Source of the DNA: Camelus ferus
Taxonomy: Eukaryota
Direction of reading: 5' to 3'
Length of the DNA stretch: 64,000 bases
Assembly (NCBI RefSeq): GCF_009834535.1
Contig: NC_045697.1
Location: 96,102,001 to 96,166,000, forward strand
Below are positions 27,582-39,620 of the stretch, piece after piece (within the stretch, counting starts at the first letter, position 1; the number at the start of each line of letters is the position of its first letter). The notes under the pieces were generated by a model that had not been told where the DNA came from, did no database searches, and saw only the letters and a list, made by a program, of their open reading frames with translations. Position numbers and translations under genes: made by a program.

Positions 27582-28655
27582 TTTTCAGTGTCATAGAACA
27601 CATCTTTCATACAGCATGTCCTCGAAGGTACGTCAATATCCTTGAAATCTAAGACAATTTTAATTGTCCCCTAATAACTTTGTCCAAGACACTACCTGAT
27701 AATGTGTTAACATTCACTAAGATATTGAGTAATTTCAGTTCTCAGGAGAAGCCACAGGACAAATTACAGAATGCTGTCAAAATAATTTGGGTTTATCACT
27801 TATAAACAAAGCATTTTTCAAGAAGTAATTTCAAAATTAATAATTTGATTTATGCCACAGGAATACTTAATTGAATGTTAGAATATGGTCAACTGTTCCA
27901 TCCAACTCCAAATAAATACATCATCTAACTCCACATAATTACATTTAAAAATAAATTTAACCAGTTAAAATACTTTTATTAATTACTATGCTCCCTATAT
28001 TCAGACAAATAGAGAGGTTGCACTATTTTTAAATTTCTATTTCACTGCTATTTGTACAGTAAGATTAAATTTAGATATTATCTTCAAAATAGACAATGCA
28101 GAATACAGAAAGTAGGAAAATCAAGTTTAAATTGCATTTTGTTTCATCTTCATAATATGCTACAGTCATCATGGAATTGAATTAATAAAACCTGGACTTA
28201 AAATTAAATCAAGCATAAAAAATATTATTTTAGTTGAAATTGGAGTGCATTATTTACTTTACTCTCACTGGGTTATGTTTTCCAAACTGGGACCTATTTT
28301 ACTAATTTATCAATTTCTTTTCCCCAAATCCATACTGTTAATCACTCAGTTTGTAGAGTGTAGGCTTACTGGGTCTGGGCATTTGGCTCAGTTCGTTGGT
28401 ATAATGAGGCCAAGTATCTATGCCCAGTCCCAATAGGAGCCACTTAGTTTCACACAGAAACAATAACTACATAATGTATGTTTAATTTCAATACTAACTG
28501 AAAAAAATCAATTTATTCATATATGAGCTTACCTTTATCTTTGCTTGAGAATCTAGTCTCTATTCCAATAATAGTAATAAAATAATTTTAGTTTACCATT
28601 TTCCTGAATACAGCACTTTATCTTAAGCTCTCTCAAGTAGAGGTTGCTCATTTCC

Positions 28656-28769
28656 TTTCTTTTTTTTAATACTTTTTTTAAAAAATGGAAGTACTGGGGA
28701 TTGAATCCTGAATATCATGCATACTAAAAGGGTGCTGAGCTATTACCGTCTTTGCACCCCTCTCCCTGG
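28656..28769 (-). mobile_element. Short tRNA-derived SINE (camelid Vic-1-like)
   Basis: The minus strand reads 'tagctcag' (A-box-like) ... 'ggattcaatccccagtacttcca' (B-box-like) and then an A-rich tail. Imperfect TSD ggttgctcatttcc (28642-28655) / ggtggctcattttcc (28770-28784). Confidence 0.75.
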
Positions 28770-28949
28770 GGTGGCTCATTTTCCACATTCCACAAAATTG
28801 GGTGTCAGGAAGTATTGTAAGCATCCTCTTTGATCCCTGCTGCCATGATGTTCTTTCTAAGTCATGACCTCTTCACTTCTCTTCACTTACGTAAATGAAT
28901 CTGTGAATTTGAGGTTCATGGCAGCATGCTGCGCCCCATGTTCTCCTCA

Positions 28950-29385
28950 GATTTATTTTTACCTTTTTATTTTGAAATACCTTAAACTTACACTACATTT
29001 GAAAAAATATTAAAGAGAAAACTCTTACAAATTTCATTCATATTCTATCTATGTATTTTACAAAACATATGTGCATAAACATGCACATACACACATGTAT
29101 GTGTAAGTTGTAAATGAGTTGCTAATTTACATTTGATTAATTGCCTATATAATTGTGTGTTTTTTGAAAGGACATTATCTTAAATAATCACCATTTAATA
29201 ATACATATCACAAAATTAACCTTCATAAAATACTATTTATATAATATATAGATTTTATTTGACTTTTATCAGTTGTCCTGCTAATGCTATTTTTATCTGC
29301 TCCAGAATCACATGATGTCATCATTTGTCATTGTTCTTTAGACTTCTTTAAGAAGATAAAGTTTCTCAATCTTTATTTTTTTTAT
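28950..29385 (-). mobile_element. L1MC-type 3' UTR fragment
   Basis: 'ttttattttgaaataccttaaacttacac', 'aaggacattatcttaaataatcacc' and 'ccagaatcacatg' are typical antisense L1MC4/5 3'-end motifs. Confidence 0.6.
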
Positions 29386-29949
29386 ACTGAGATCCCTTTC
29401 ATTCTTTCTCATTAAATCAGTGAGTACTGGGTTTATGTCTGCTTTTTCCACACTGGCATCAAGCTGAGAAACTTGAACATGACTAGACATCATCTCTCGT
29501 GCTATTAATCTTCCTCAGTTCACCCTCAGTTAGCATGACTACATCATGGACCTAGTCAGCATCCAGAGGGTTCCCATTAGTAAAATATGAATGCTGTTAT
29601 TCCATTCCTACACAGCATTATTTTTGCCTATACCTATTGTCAAATTCCCAAAGAACTCAAATCTCTCTTGTATTTCTGCTGATCAGATTCCTCCTGTCTT
29701 CATTTTCTTCCATATTTGATGAATATTTCATAGTATATCAGTCTACCTAAATCTTGTCACTTTTCTAACTTTCTTTGCCCCATTCATTCAGTTATCTCAC
29801 TTGACAAAATATCCATTTAACATTAATTAGGTGTTTTCCAATGTTTCACCTCTATTATAAAAGCAGGTAAAGTTGTGACATTGCTAATTTATGGTCTCCA
29901 GATCAATTAGGTGATGAATGCTTCCAGTCAATCCTTTTTCTTTTTCCTT

Positions 29950-30342
29950 TGAAGGAAACAGAAATGGACACTGGGGGCAATCCAACATGAAAATTGGGCT
30001 GGCACAGGCACAATTACCAAAGACTCTCCCCTTTCAATGCATATCATCCTCATTTTAAAGTGATCTCCGCTTCTTTACCAATGGCAAACCTTGTCATGCT
30101 TTAATATCCCTGCCCTTAGGTAAAGATTATTGGGATATCCCATCATCAGATTAATACTGCTTCAAATTCAGAAATGGTTCCCTCTTTTTAAAGCCTTTCT
30201 TAAGCGCCTCTCAACTTCTCCTTATTAAAATGTCTCTTGTTCTTCCCTGGTGTGGGCTTCAACTTGCTATAACAAACTAAGTAAACTTAGATTTGTTTCA
30301 ATGCAAATGTATTCTGGATGGGTATCAGTTAAGTCGTTGACA
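29950..30342 (+). mobile_element. Probable old solo LTR inserted in L2-like sequence
   Basis: ~390-bp block with TG...CA termini ('tgaagga'...'gttgaca') and a polyA-signal-like 'agtaaacttagatttgtttcaa' near the end. Confidence 0.35.
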
Positions 30343-31458
30343 TAACTTTTGCTTGTTTCCCTCACTCCTACTTTTTTTTAAAACCTCCTTTGCTCATTTT
30401 AAACTTTCTTGGTTCTTTTCATTCATGACCCTGCCACTTTCCCCTTCACTTTTGTTCATAAGATGCCCTCTTATTTCCCAAAGAAAATATAAAAGTTTTA
30501 GATAATAATTTTCCCTGGCTGTATCATGGAGAATAAGTTCCAGGGAGTTAAATTTGAAATATGAAAAGTGGTTTACAGTTTCAGGCAGGAGATGACAATA
30601 ATCTGGAGTAGGGGCCCTCAGGTGGATTGCAGAGAAGTGGACAGAATTTAGGGATGGTGAGGAGGTACAATTGTGAGACTGAAAACCAATTCCTGCTTCC
30701 CCTCACTCCTACTAAAGATTCATAGGTTTGAGGTGGATTGGAAGAGGAAATAAGAGTTAAAGTGAGCAAAGGTATAGAGTTATATGAATATGATATTGGA
30801 ATGGACATTTTTTAAACAGAGTAGATCCTTCTTGTGGATGAAAGTGACACTACTTTATGCAAAAATTATGAGGCCTGCAGAAGAGTTCTTTTAAAAGTGG
30901 TGAAGAAATAATCTACATAGTATATAGAAAGAGACAGCTAAAGAAGTTTTTCTCTCTGAGTTACACTATATTGAATTTAGTTCATTTAGTGAGTTTCCTA
31001 TGCATGTTATTTTACTATTTCCCGATTTTTCCATTTTAGATAATATACCCCAATTTCCTATAGTGTAACATTATGTTCCTTTCCTTCATCCACCTCCCTC
31101 CATATTTATAGACAAGAAAAAGATATACACTTATACCAAGACTTTTCTGTGTGTGACATTCAGTGAAAAAGTGTGAAAATTATTTCAAGCCTTGGAGAAT
31201 AAATTATTCCTCCAGAATGGATAGGTGTTTGCATCTTTCAGGCACTGGGCAACTATTAGTCCAAGACCATTCAAATTAAATACATGGCTTGGTGCTTTTT
31301 GTCTTATTTTATCTATGTTTTCAACATAGATAATATGGATCTGTATTGCAAGTCTACATTAGGGCATATTTATGATGATAACTTCACAAGGATGATTAAT
31401 TTAACTCTATGACTATTCAGTAACACCTTCCTTGCAGTCATTAAAGACTGGAGGTGGG

Positions 31459-31941
31459 TGCCAATCTTCGCATAATAGGGGTCCCAGAAGGGAAAGAAAG
31501 TCAAAGGGGATTGAAAAGGTATCGGAAGAAATCATGATTGAAAACTTTCCAAACTTAAAGAAGGAATCAGATATCCAAGTACAGGAAGCTCAGAGGGTCC
31601 CAAACAGACTCACACCAAGACATATCATAATCAAGATGGCCAGAGTCAAGAATAAAGAAATGATCCTAAAGGCAGCAAGAGAAAAGCAAAGAGTGAGTTA
31701 CAAGGGAACCTCCATAAGGCTCTCAACTGATTTCTCTACACAAACACTACAGGTCAGAAGGGAGTGGCAAGATATATTCAAAGTCCTGAATGAAACAAAG
31801 ATGCAGCCTAGGATACTTTATCCAGCAAGGCTATCCTTTAGGATAGAAGGAGACATAAAGAACTTCACAGACAAGAAAAAGCTACAAGAGTTTAGCTACA
31901 CTAAACCCATGCTAAAAGAAATATTGAAAGGTCTACTCTAA
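31459..31941 (+). pseudogene. L1 ORF1p C-terminal half (RRM + CTD), truncated
   Basis: Translation ...EEIMIENFPNL...TPRHIIIKM...ILKAAREK...QPRILYPARLSF...LKEILKGLL* contains canonical L1 ORF1p motifs. Confidence 0.95.
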
Positions 31942-32344
31942 ATAGAAAAGCAGCAGGATGCTACAGAAATGAGAAACTCACAACTGGAAAGGTGATAACT
32001 TATGAATTACAAATAAAATAAACATGAAATTGTAAAACAAGACATCTAAATCATTGAGAGTGGGAGAGGGAGGCAGGAAAATATAGATTTTTTTCTTTCT
32101 TTTTAAAATTTTTCGTTCTTGGTAGGATAGGTTTGAGATCATGTTACTAAGAGTTTAATAAAAACAGTTATAGTAATGGGCTAATAGACTTACAAAAAAG
32201 GGTAACCACAAGCCAAAAACTTACAAGGGAGTCACACAAACTAAACAAAATCCATGATAATACAAAGGAAAATTACCAAACAACAAAAGGAAGAAGAAAG
32301 GAACAAGGAGGAAATACCAAATCAACTGCAAAGATAAGTTCAAA

Positions 32345-35300
32345 ATGGCCAATAAACACACATCTATCATTAATTACTGTAAATGTTAATGTACTAAATG
32401 CTCCAGTCAAAAGACATAAAGTAGCAGACTGGATAATAAAGCAAGAACCTTCAATATGCTGCATACAAGAGACCCACTTTAGGGAGGACACTTATAGATT
32501 GAGAGTGAAAGGATGGGAAAGGATATTTCATGCAAATGGAAAAGCCAAAAAAAGCAGGTGTAGCAGTACTGATTTCAGACAAAAATAGACTTTAAAACAA
32601 AGGCCATAAAGAAAGATAAAGAAGGACATTTTATAATGATTAAAGGAGTAATACAAGATAAGGATATTACACTCAATATATATATATCCAATATAGGAGC
32701 ACCTAAGTACATAAAACAATTACCAGCAGAGATAAAGGGGGATATTGATGGGAATACAATCATAGTTGGAGATTTTAACACTGCATTAACAACACTAGAC
32801 AGATCTTCCAGACAGAAAATAAATAAGGCAACAGAGAAATTAAATAATACAATAGAAAACTTAGATTTGGTGGATATTTTCAGAGCATTACACCCCCCCA
32901 AAAATAGGATATACATTCTTTTCAACTGCACATGGAACATTTTCCAGGATTGATCATGTACTTGGGCACAGAAGAAACCTCAACAATTTTAAGAAGATAG
33001 AAATTGTCTCAAGCATGTTTACTGACCACAGTGCCATGAAACTAGAAATCAACAACAGAGAAACAAAGGAGAAAAAAAGGAAACTATGGAGATTAAACAA
33101 TATGCTATTAAAAAACCAATGAGTCAATGAGGAAATCAAAGTTGAAATTAAAAAATACCTTGAGACAAATGACAATGAAAGCACAACCACTCAAAATCTA
33201 TGGGACACAGCAAAGGCAGTGCTAAGAAGGAAGTTTATAGCAATACAGACCTTCCTCAAAAAAGAACAATCTCAAATAAACAATTTAACCCACCAGCTAA
33301 AAGAACTAGAAAAAGAAGAACAAAAAAACCCCAAAAGGTAGCAGAAGGAAGGAAATTATAAAGATTAGGGAGGAAATAAATAAAATAGAGATTAAAAAAA
33401 AACCATAGAAAAATCAATCAAACCAAAAGCTGTTTTTTTGAAAAAGTAAATAAAATCGACAAACCTCTGGCCAAACTCACAAAGAAGAAAAAAGAGAGAG
33501 CACAAATTAGCAAAATAAGAAAGGAAAATGGAGAAATTACAACAAATAAAATAGAAATACAGACTATCATACGAGAGTATTATGAAAAACCGTATGGAAC
33601 CAAACTGGATAACCTAGAGGAGATCAACAAGTTTCTGGAAACATACAGTCCACTAAGACTGAATCAAGAAGAAAATGACCACTTGAACAATCCGATCACT
33701 AGAAATGAAACCAAAATAGCAATAAAAAACCTCCCTACAAATAAAAGTCCAGGACTGGACGGCTTCACCGGGGAATTCTACCAAACATACAAAGAAGAAC
33801 TCATACCAGTCCTTCTCAAACTCTTCCAGAAGATTGAAAAGTAGGGAATACTCCCAAACTCATTCTATGAAGCCACCATCATCATCCTGATACCAAAACC
33901 AGGCAAAGACACTACCAAAAAAAAAGAGTTATACGGCAATATCACTGATGAACATAGACGCCAAAATCCTCACCAAAATATTAGCAAATAGAATGCAACA
34001 ACACATAAAAAAGATTATACATCATGACCAAGTGGGGTCCATCCCAGGGACAGAAGGGTGGTTCAACATATGCAAATCAATCAATGTAATACATCACATC
34101 AACGAGAGAAAGGACAAAAACCACATGATCATCTCAATCAATGCAGAAAAAGCATTTGATAAAATTCAACACCCATTTATGATAAAAACTCTCACCAAAG
34201 TGAGGGAACATATCTCAACATTATAAAAGCTATATATAGAGGGAACATATCTCAACATTATAAAAGCTATATATGACAAACCTACAGCCAGCATAGTACT
34301 CAACAGTGAAAAACTCAAAAGCTTCCCACTAAAATCTGGGAGAAGACAAGGATGCCCACTATCACCACTCCTATTCAACATAGTCTTGGAAGTCCTAGCC
34401 ACAGCAATCAGGCAAGAGAGAGAAATAAAAGGGATCCAAATTGGAAAAGAAGAGGTAAAAGTGTCAGTATATGCTGACGACGTTACTATATATAGAAGAC
34501 CCTAAAAGGTCCACACAAAAACTTCTAGAGCTGATCGAAGAATTCACCAAGGTAGCAGGTTACAAGATTAACATTCAAAAATCAGTGGCATTTCTTCACA
34601 CTAAGGATGAATCAACAGAAAAAGAAAGTAAAGAAACAATCCCCTTTAAAATAGCACCCAAAGTAATAAAATACCTAGGAATAAATCTAACCAAGGAGGT
34701 GAAAGAATTACACACAGAAAACTATAAACCATTGATGAAGGAAATTAAAGACAATTTTAAAAAATGGAAAGATATCCCATGCTCTTGGATTGGAAGAATC
34801 AATATTGTTAAAATGGTCACACTGCCCAAGGCAATTTACAGATTTAATGCAATCCCTATCCAATTACCCAGGACATATTTCACAGAACTAGAACAAATCA
34901 TAACAAAATTTTATGGAAGCATCAAAGATCTAGAATTGCCAAAGCATTACTGAAGAGAAAGAAAGAGGCTGGAGGAATAACTCTCCCAGACTTCAGACAA
35001 TACTATAGAGCTACAGTCATCAAGACAGCATGGTATTGGTACAAAAACAGACATACAGACCAATGGAACAGAATAGAGAGCCCAGAAATGAACCTACAAA
35101 CTTTTGGTCAACTCATCTTCGACAAAGGAGGCAAGAATATACAGTGGAATAAAGACAGTCTCTTCAGCAGATGGTGTTGGGAAAACTGGACAGCAGCATG
35201 TACAGCAATGAAGCTAGAACACTCCTTTACACCATATACAAAAATCAACTCAAAATGGATCAAAGACTTACACGTAAGACAAGATACAATAAACCTCCTT

Positions 35301-36188
35301 GAAGAAAATATAGGCAAAACATTATCTGACATACATCTCAAAAATGTTCTCCTAGAACAGTCTACTCAAGCAATAGAAATAAAAGCAAGAATAAACAAAT
35401 GGGACCTAATGAAACTTACAAGCTTCTGCACAGCAAAGGAAATCACAAGTAAAACAAAAAGACAACCTATGGAATGGGAGAAAATTTTTGCAAATGAAAC
35501 CGACAAAGGTTTGATCCCCAGAATATATAAGCAGCTCATACGACTTAATAAGAAAAAAACAAACAACTCAATCCAAAAATGGGCAGAAGACTTAAACAAG
35601 CAATTCTCCAAAGAAGACATACAAATGATCAATAGACACATGAAAAAATGCTCAATATCACTAATTATCAGAGAAATGCAAATCAAAACTACAATGAGGT
35701 GTTACCTCACACCAGTCAGAATGGCCATCATTCAAAAATCCATAAATGATAAAGGCTGGAGAGGCTGTGGAGAAAAGGGAACCCTCCTACACTGCTGCTG
35801 GGAATGCAGTTTGGTGCAGCCACTGTGGAAAACAGTATGGAGATTCCTCAGAAGACTAGGAATAGACTCACCACATGACCCAGGAATCCCGCTCCTGGGC
35901 ATATAACCAGAAGGAACCCTACTTCAGGATGACACCTGCACCCCAATGTTCATAGCTGCATTATTTACAATAGCCAAGACATGGAAACAGCCTAAATGTC
36001 CATCAACAAATGACTAGATAAAGAAGAAGTGGTATATTTATACAATGGAATATTATTCAGACATAAAAACTGACAACATAATGCCGTTTGCAGCAACACG
36101 TATGCTCCTGGAGAATGTCATTCTAAGTGAAGTAAGCCAGAAAGAGAAAGAAAAATACCATATGAGATCGCTCATATGTGGAATCTAA
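32345..36188 (+). pseudogene. L1 ORF2p (endonuclease/reverse transcriptase), disrupted
   Basis: EN motif IIVGDFNT. RT motifs [25 protein letters not shown] and YADD (34470-34481). C-terminal knuckle [18 protein letters not shown]. Broken into several ORFs by frameshifts and stops. Confidence 0.95.
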
Positions 36189-36725
36189 AACAAACAAACA
36201 AACAAAGCATAAATACAAAACAGAAACAGACTCATAGACATAGAATACATACTTGTGGTTGCCAAGGGGGCGAGGGGTGGGGAGGGATAGACTGGGATTT
36301 CAAAATTGTAGAATAGATAAACAAGATTATACTGTATAGCACAGGGATATATACACAAAATCTTATGGTAGCTCACAGAGAAAAAAATGTGACAATGAAT
36401 ATATATATGTTCATGTATAACTGAAAAATTGTGCTCTACACTGGAATTTGATACAACATTGTAAAATGATTATAAATCAATAAAAATGTTCAAAAAAAAA
36501 AAAAAAAGACTGGAGGTGGGACTTGTGTACTTTCAGAGGGGATAAATCTGTGGGTTCTCAGTTTTAATGGGTTTGTGTTTTATTTGACCTTCTCTTGGTT
36601 TGCAGAGTTGCTCTCTATTCCCAGAAGCTGGTAAAGCAAAGAAAACTAAAGCCCAAACCAGCTTCTGTAACTTACCTCAAGGCAAACTTGGCTCTGGTGC
36701 TCTGCCCACCTATGTGGGTTTCCCT

Positions 36726-37236
36726 TGCAGAGAAGAAAGCTAATTTTCCCCTACCCCTCTGAGTTCCTGGCTGAGACACCTGTAACAGAAAGACAAATTA
36801 ACAGAGAAAGATAGTTCATTAACACATGCAGCCCACATCACGTGGAAGAAACCTAAACCAAAAGCAACTCAAAATGGTGGCTTAGAATTCCAGCTTATAT
36901 AGCATTTTCAACAAAGAACAGTAAATTTGTAGAGAAATGATAGGATAAAGTGTTTGGAATAGGGGTAATTGTGGAGAAGTAATTAGGAAGATAAAGGTAG
37001 TTTAACAAGGTTTGTGTGAACAGATTTCTCAGCCCCAATACCCCATCTCTTATAATAACAGTATCTTCCTTCCTGCTAGTATAGGAAAGGCACCTTTCAT
37101 ATGGGAGTTTTTTCTCTTACTTTCAGGAAGAAAAGGAGGATTTTCTTAGATTTGTAATTTCTCAAATGCCTTTAAATCAAAATAATCAATATATCAAATT
37201 GGCATATTTTGGAATGACATGCTCTGAACACCTTCT
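36726..37236 (-). mobile_element. MER34-like ERV1 solo LTR
   Basis: The minus strand begins 'gaaggtgttcagagcatgtcattccaaaatatgccaatttgatatattgattattttgatttaaaggca', matching the recalled MER34-group LTR start. Ends in CA. Confidence 0.7.
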
Positions 37237-39299
37237 CTATCTTATCTTATATTTTAGACAAGTAATTACAATCATGGAAAGTTTTCAATGACTTTATAAA
37301 GAAATACGTATATTCTTATTAATTGAAATTGCTTTTGAAAATATTACGGCTAAGTACATCTTTTCAAAATACATGTAACTATATCTAGACAACCTCAATA
37401 ACACACTGACATTGTTGGGCAATAAATGGGATTTAGCCTACAATAAGTACTTTAGATACTAGCTTTTCAAGATGTATAATGCACATATACTATACATTTA
37501 AAAATATATATTTATGTGTATATATGTAGATATATATGCAAAATGTACACATATATTACAGTGATCATTCCAACTTACAAATAACAAAATTATACCTCCT
37601 AAAATAACTATTCCAAACACTTGTTATGTATGATAATGCTATAATAGACACCAATGGAAAGGTTGATCCTAAATTACAAGCAAATCTTTTCAGAGTTACC
37701 ATTTTTTATAGCACAGCTATCTTTTAAATTGAATATTTCTTGAATTAGGACTTGGGGAGTTTGTTTTATTTGTAAATGTTTAAAAACAGTATGTTTTTGT
37801 TGTCACAGTTTATTCATAAGTGTAAATCATGATATATACATAAGAATGATATTGAGAAAGGTCCCATATAACCCTGGGTTTATAGAATTATTTTATTATA
37901 CAATGAAATCCTCTCTTCAGAACGTAATGGTCCATGAATGCAGCCAATCTAGAGAAACACAATAGAGTTGATTCTCTAGATGACTGAAGAAATGAAATTT
38001 ATAGGTGGTTTTAGTAAGTATTTAGGATCAATCATATCAGGCTAGGTTCTAAGTACTATATATACACAAAATAAAAGTCCATCTGTTTGCACTAAATGTC
38101 ACAAACCCACTTGTTTGTTACTTTATGTCACAATGATCATTTCTTTCTTTTATAATATCATTATATTTCAAACTCTTTTCATCAATAAAAGTTAATGTCA
38201 ATAGGTGAAATCTACCTTCTATATTCCTGAGCTTTAAAGTATATTGTGGAATTTATGGAGAAATTTAATCTATTTGAATGTTTATCTGTCAATGTTGAAA
38301 TTAATCCTAAAGATTATATTCTCCCAGCAGGAGCAAACGTTTCATTAATTCAGGGCACAAATAAAGAAAACAGTCTAGCTTCAGTGTGTATTTTATAGAA
38401 AATTTTAAAAAATATGCTAACCAACTGATAGATAAATCCAATTTTATTTATCCTATCTTGAAAAAATAACAAAGCAAAAAGAACGGAAGGAAAGGAGAAA
38501 GGAAGGAAAAGGTAGGAAGGAAAGAGGGAGAGGAGAGAAAGAAGGAAACATGGAAAAAAACAGTTCCAAGAGTTTTATTTCCGGAGAAATGATTTGATGA
38601 AAAACTATTTCCAAAATATGACCACCCATAGAGAGCATTTTTATATTATAATTTTAAGATTTGAGGACTATATTAGAAAATTAAAATGTGGCACCAATAG
38701 TTAAATACTTGAGTTTGTCACTGACTATATACACAAAGATTCAGTACTAAGAGATGAAGATAACAGGGATGAGGCAAATTTGAAATTCTTTTCCATCCCC
38801 AAAAAGTGTAGAGGAGGATATTTTTATACGCAGCCAGAGATGAACAGAAATGAGAGGACACACAAAATCCCTAAAAAAAAATCTTTCCAGCTCCATCTCC
38901 TACTGCCCTGTCAGTCTCCAGCAAATAATCAAATATATTCTATTATTTTGAAATACTTCCCCATGTCGCTTCAGAAACATGTTTTTGTCATGCTTTTTTT
39001 TTTCCTTATTCTAATCATTTTTCACTGCAGTTTGGGGGACAATCTGCGATATTTGACATAGAATAAAATGGGTATTTGTTGAACAAATGAATGAACAGTA
39101 AGGTTTTCAGAGGAGTTTAATCTGAATAATGAATAATTAACCAGATAGAGGAAGATTGGGGTAAAATATTCAAAGCAAAGAAAAATCATCTCCAGTTGGA
39201 GCCATGTTTTGTTCTCTTTTTTGAAGGAATTGGGCACTGTCTTGTTTTAGAGATTTTCGACATTCTGTACTTTCTAACTGGAACGGTAAAATCCAGCAT

Positions 39300-39620
39300 T
39301 TCCTCTTGGCTAATGTTTCTTTCCTCAAATGTTACTTAGTGAGGCCATCTATCTAACATTGTAACCTTCTATCACAACACTCCCGTATTTTGCTTGCTTC
39401 ACTTTTTCTCCTCAGCTTTATCACCATTAAAATAGTATACAATTTCACTTTTTTTCATTTGGTTTGATATTTGCCTTCCAACTCTGGAGGGTAAATATCT
39501 CTGTCTCTGTTTCTGTCTCTTTCTTATGGTTCTCTCTGTCTCTTTTTTTTCACTGCTCCAAACAGAGTGCCCTGAAAGAGAAACTAAGCCCTGAATAAAA
39601 ATTCAGTACAAGAATAAACA
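39300..39620 (+). mobile_element. LINE-2 3' end fragment
   Basis: 'cctcaaatgttacttagtgaggcc', 'gccttccaactctggagggtaaat' and 'ttcactgct' followed by a 'gaataaa' tail. Confidence 0.55.

Larger units (their letters stand above)
31459..36504 (+). mobile_element. Young 5'-truncated LINE-1 (~5.05 kb) with poly(A) and perfect 16-bp TSD
   Basis: TSD aaagactggaggtggg at 31443-31458 and 36505-36520, at a TT/AAAG endonuclease site. Contains the ORF1 3' half, spacer, full-span ORF2, G-rich 3' UTR, aataaa (36479-36484) and A tail. Confidence 0.98.

Noticed and set aside
28656..28769. tRNA gene
   Set aside because: The boxes are degenerate, no cloverleaf is evident, and the A tail and TSD indicate a SINE.
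32273..36376. Hydrophobic minus-strand ORFs inside the L1
   Set aside because: These are the usual antisense open frames of A-rich L1 sequence, not genes.
31459..36504. Possibility of an active or domesticated L1
   Set aside because: It lacks the 5' UTR and ORF1 N-terminus. ORF2 has frameshifts, stops, an internal duplication and an altered first Cys of the C-terminal knuckle.
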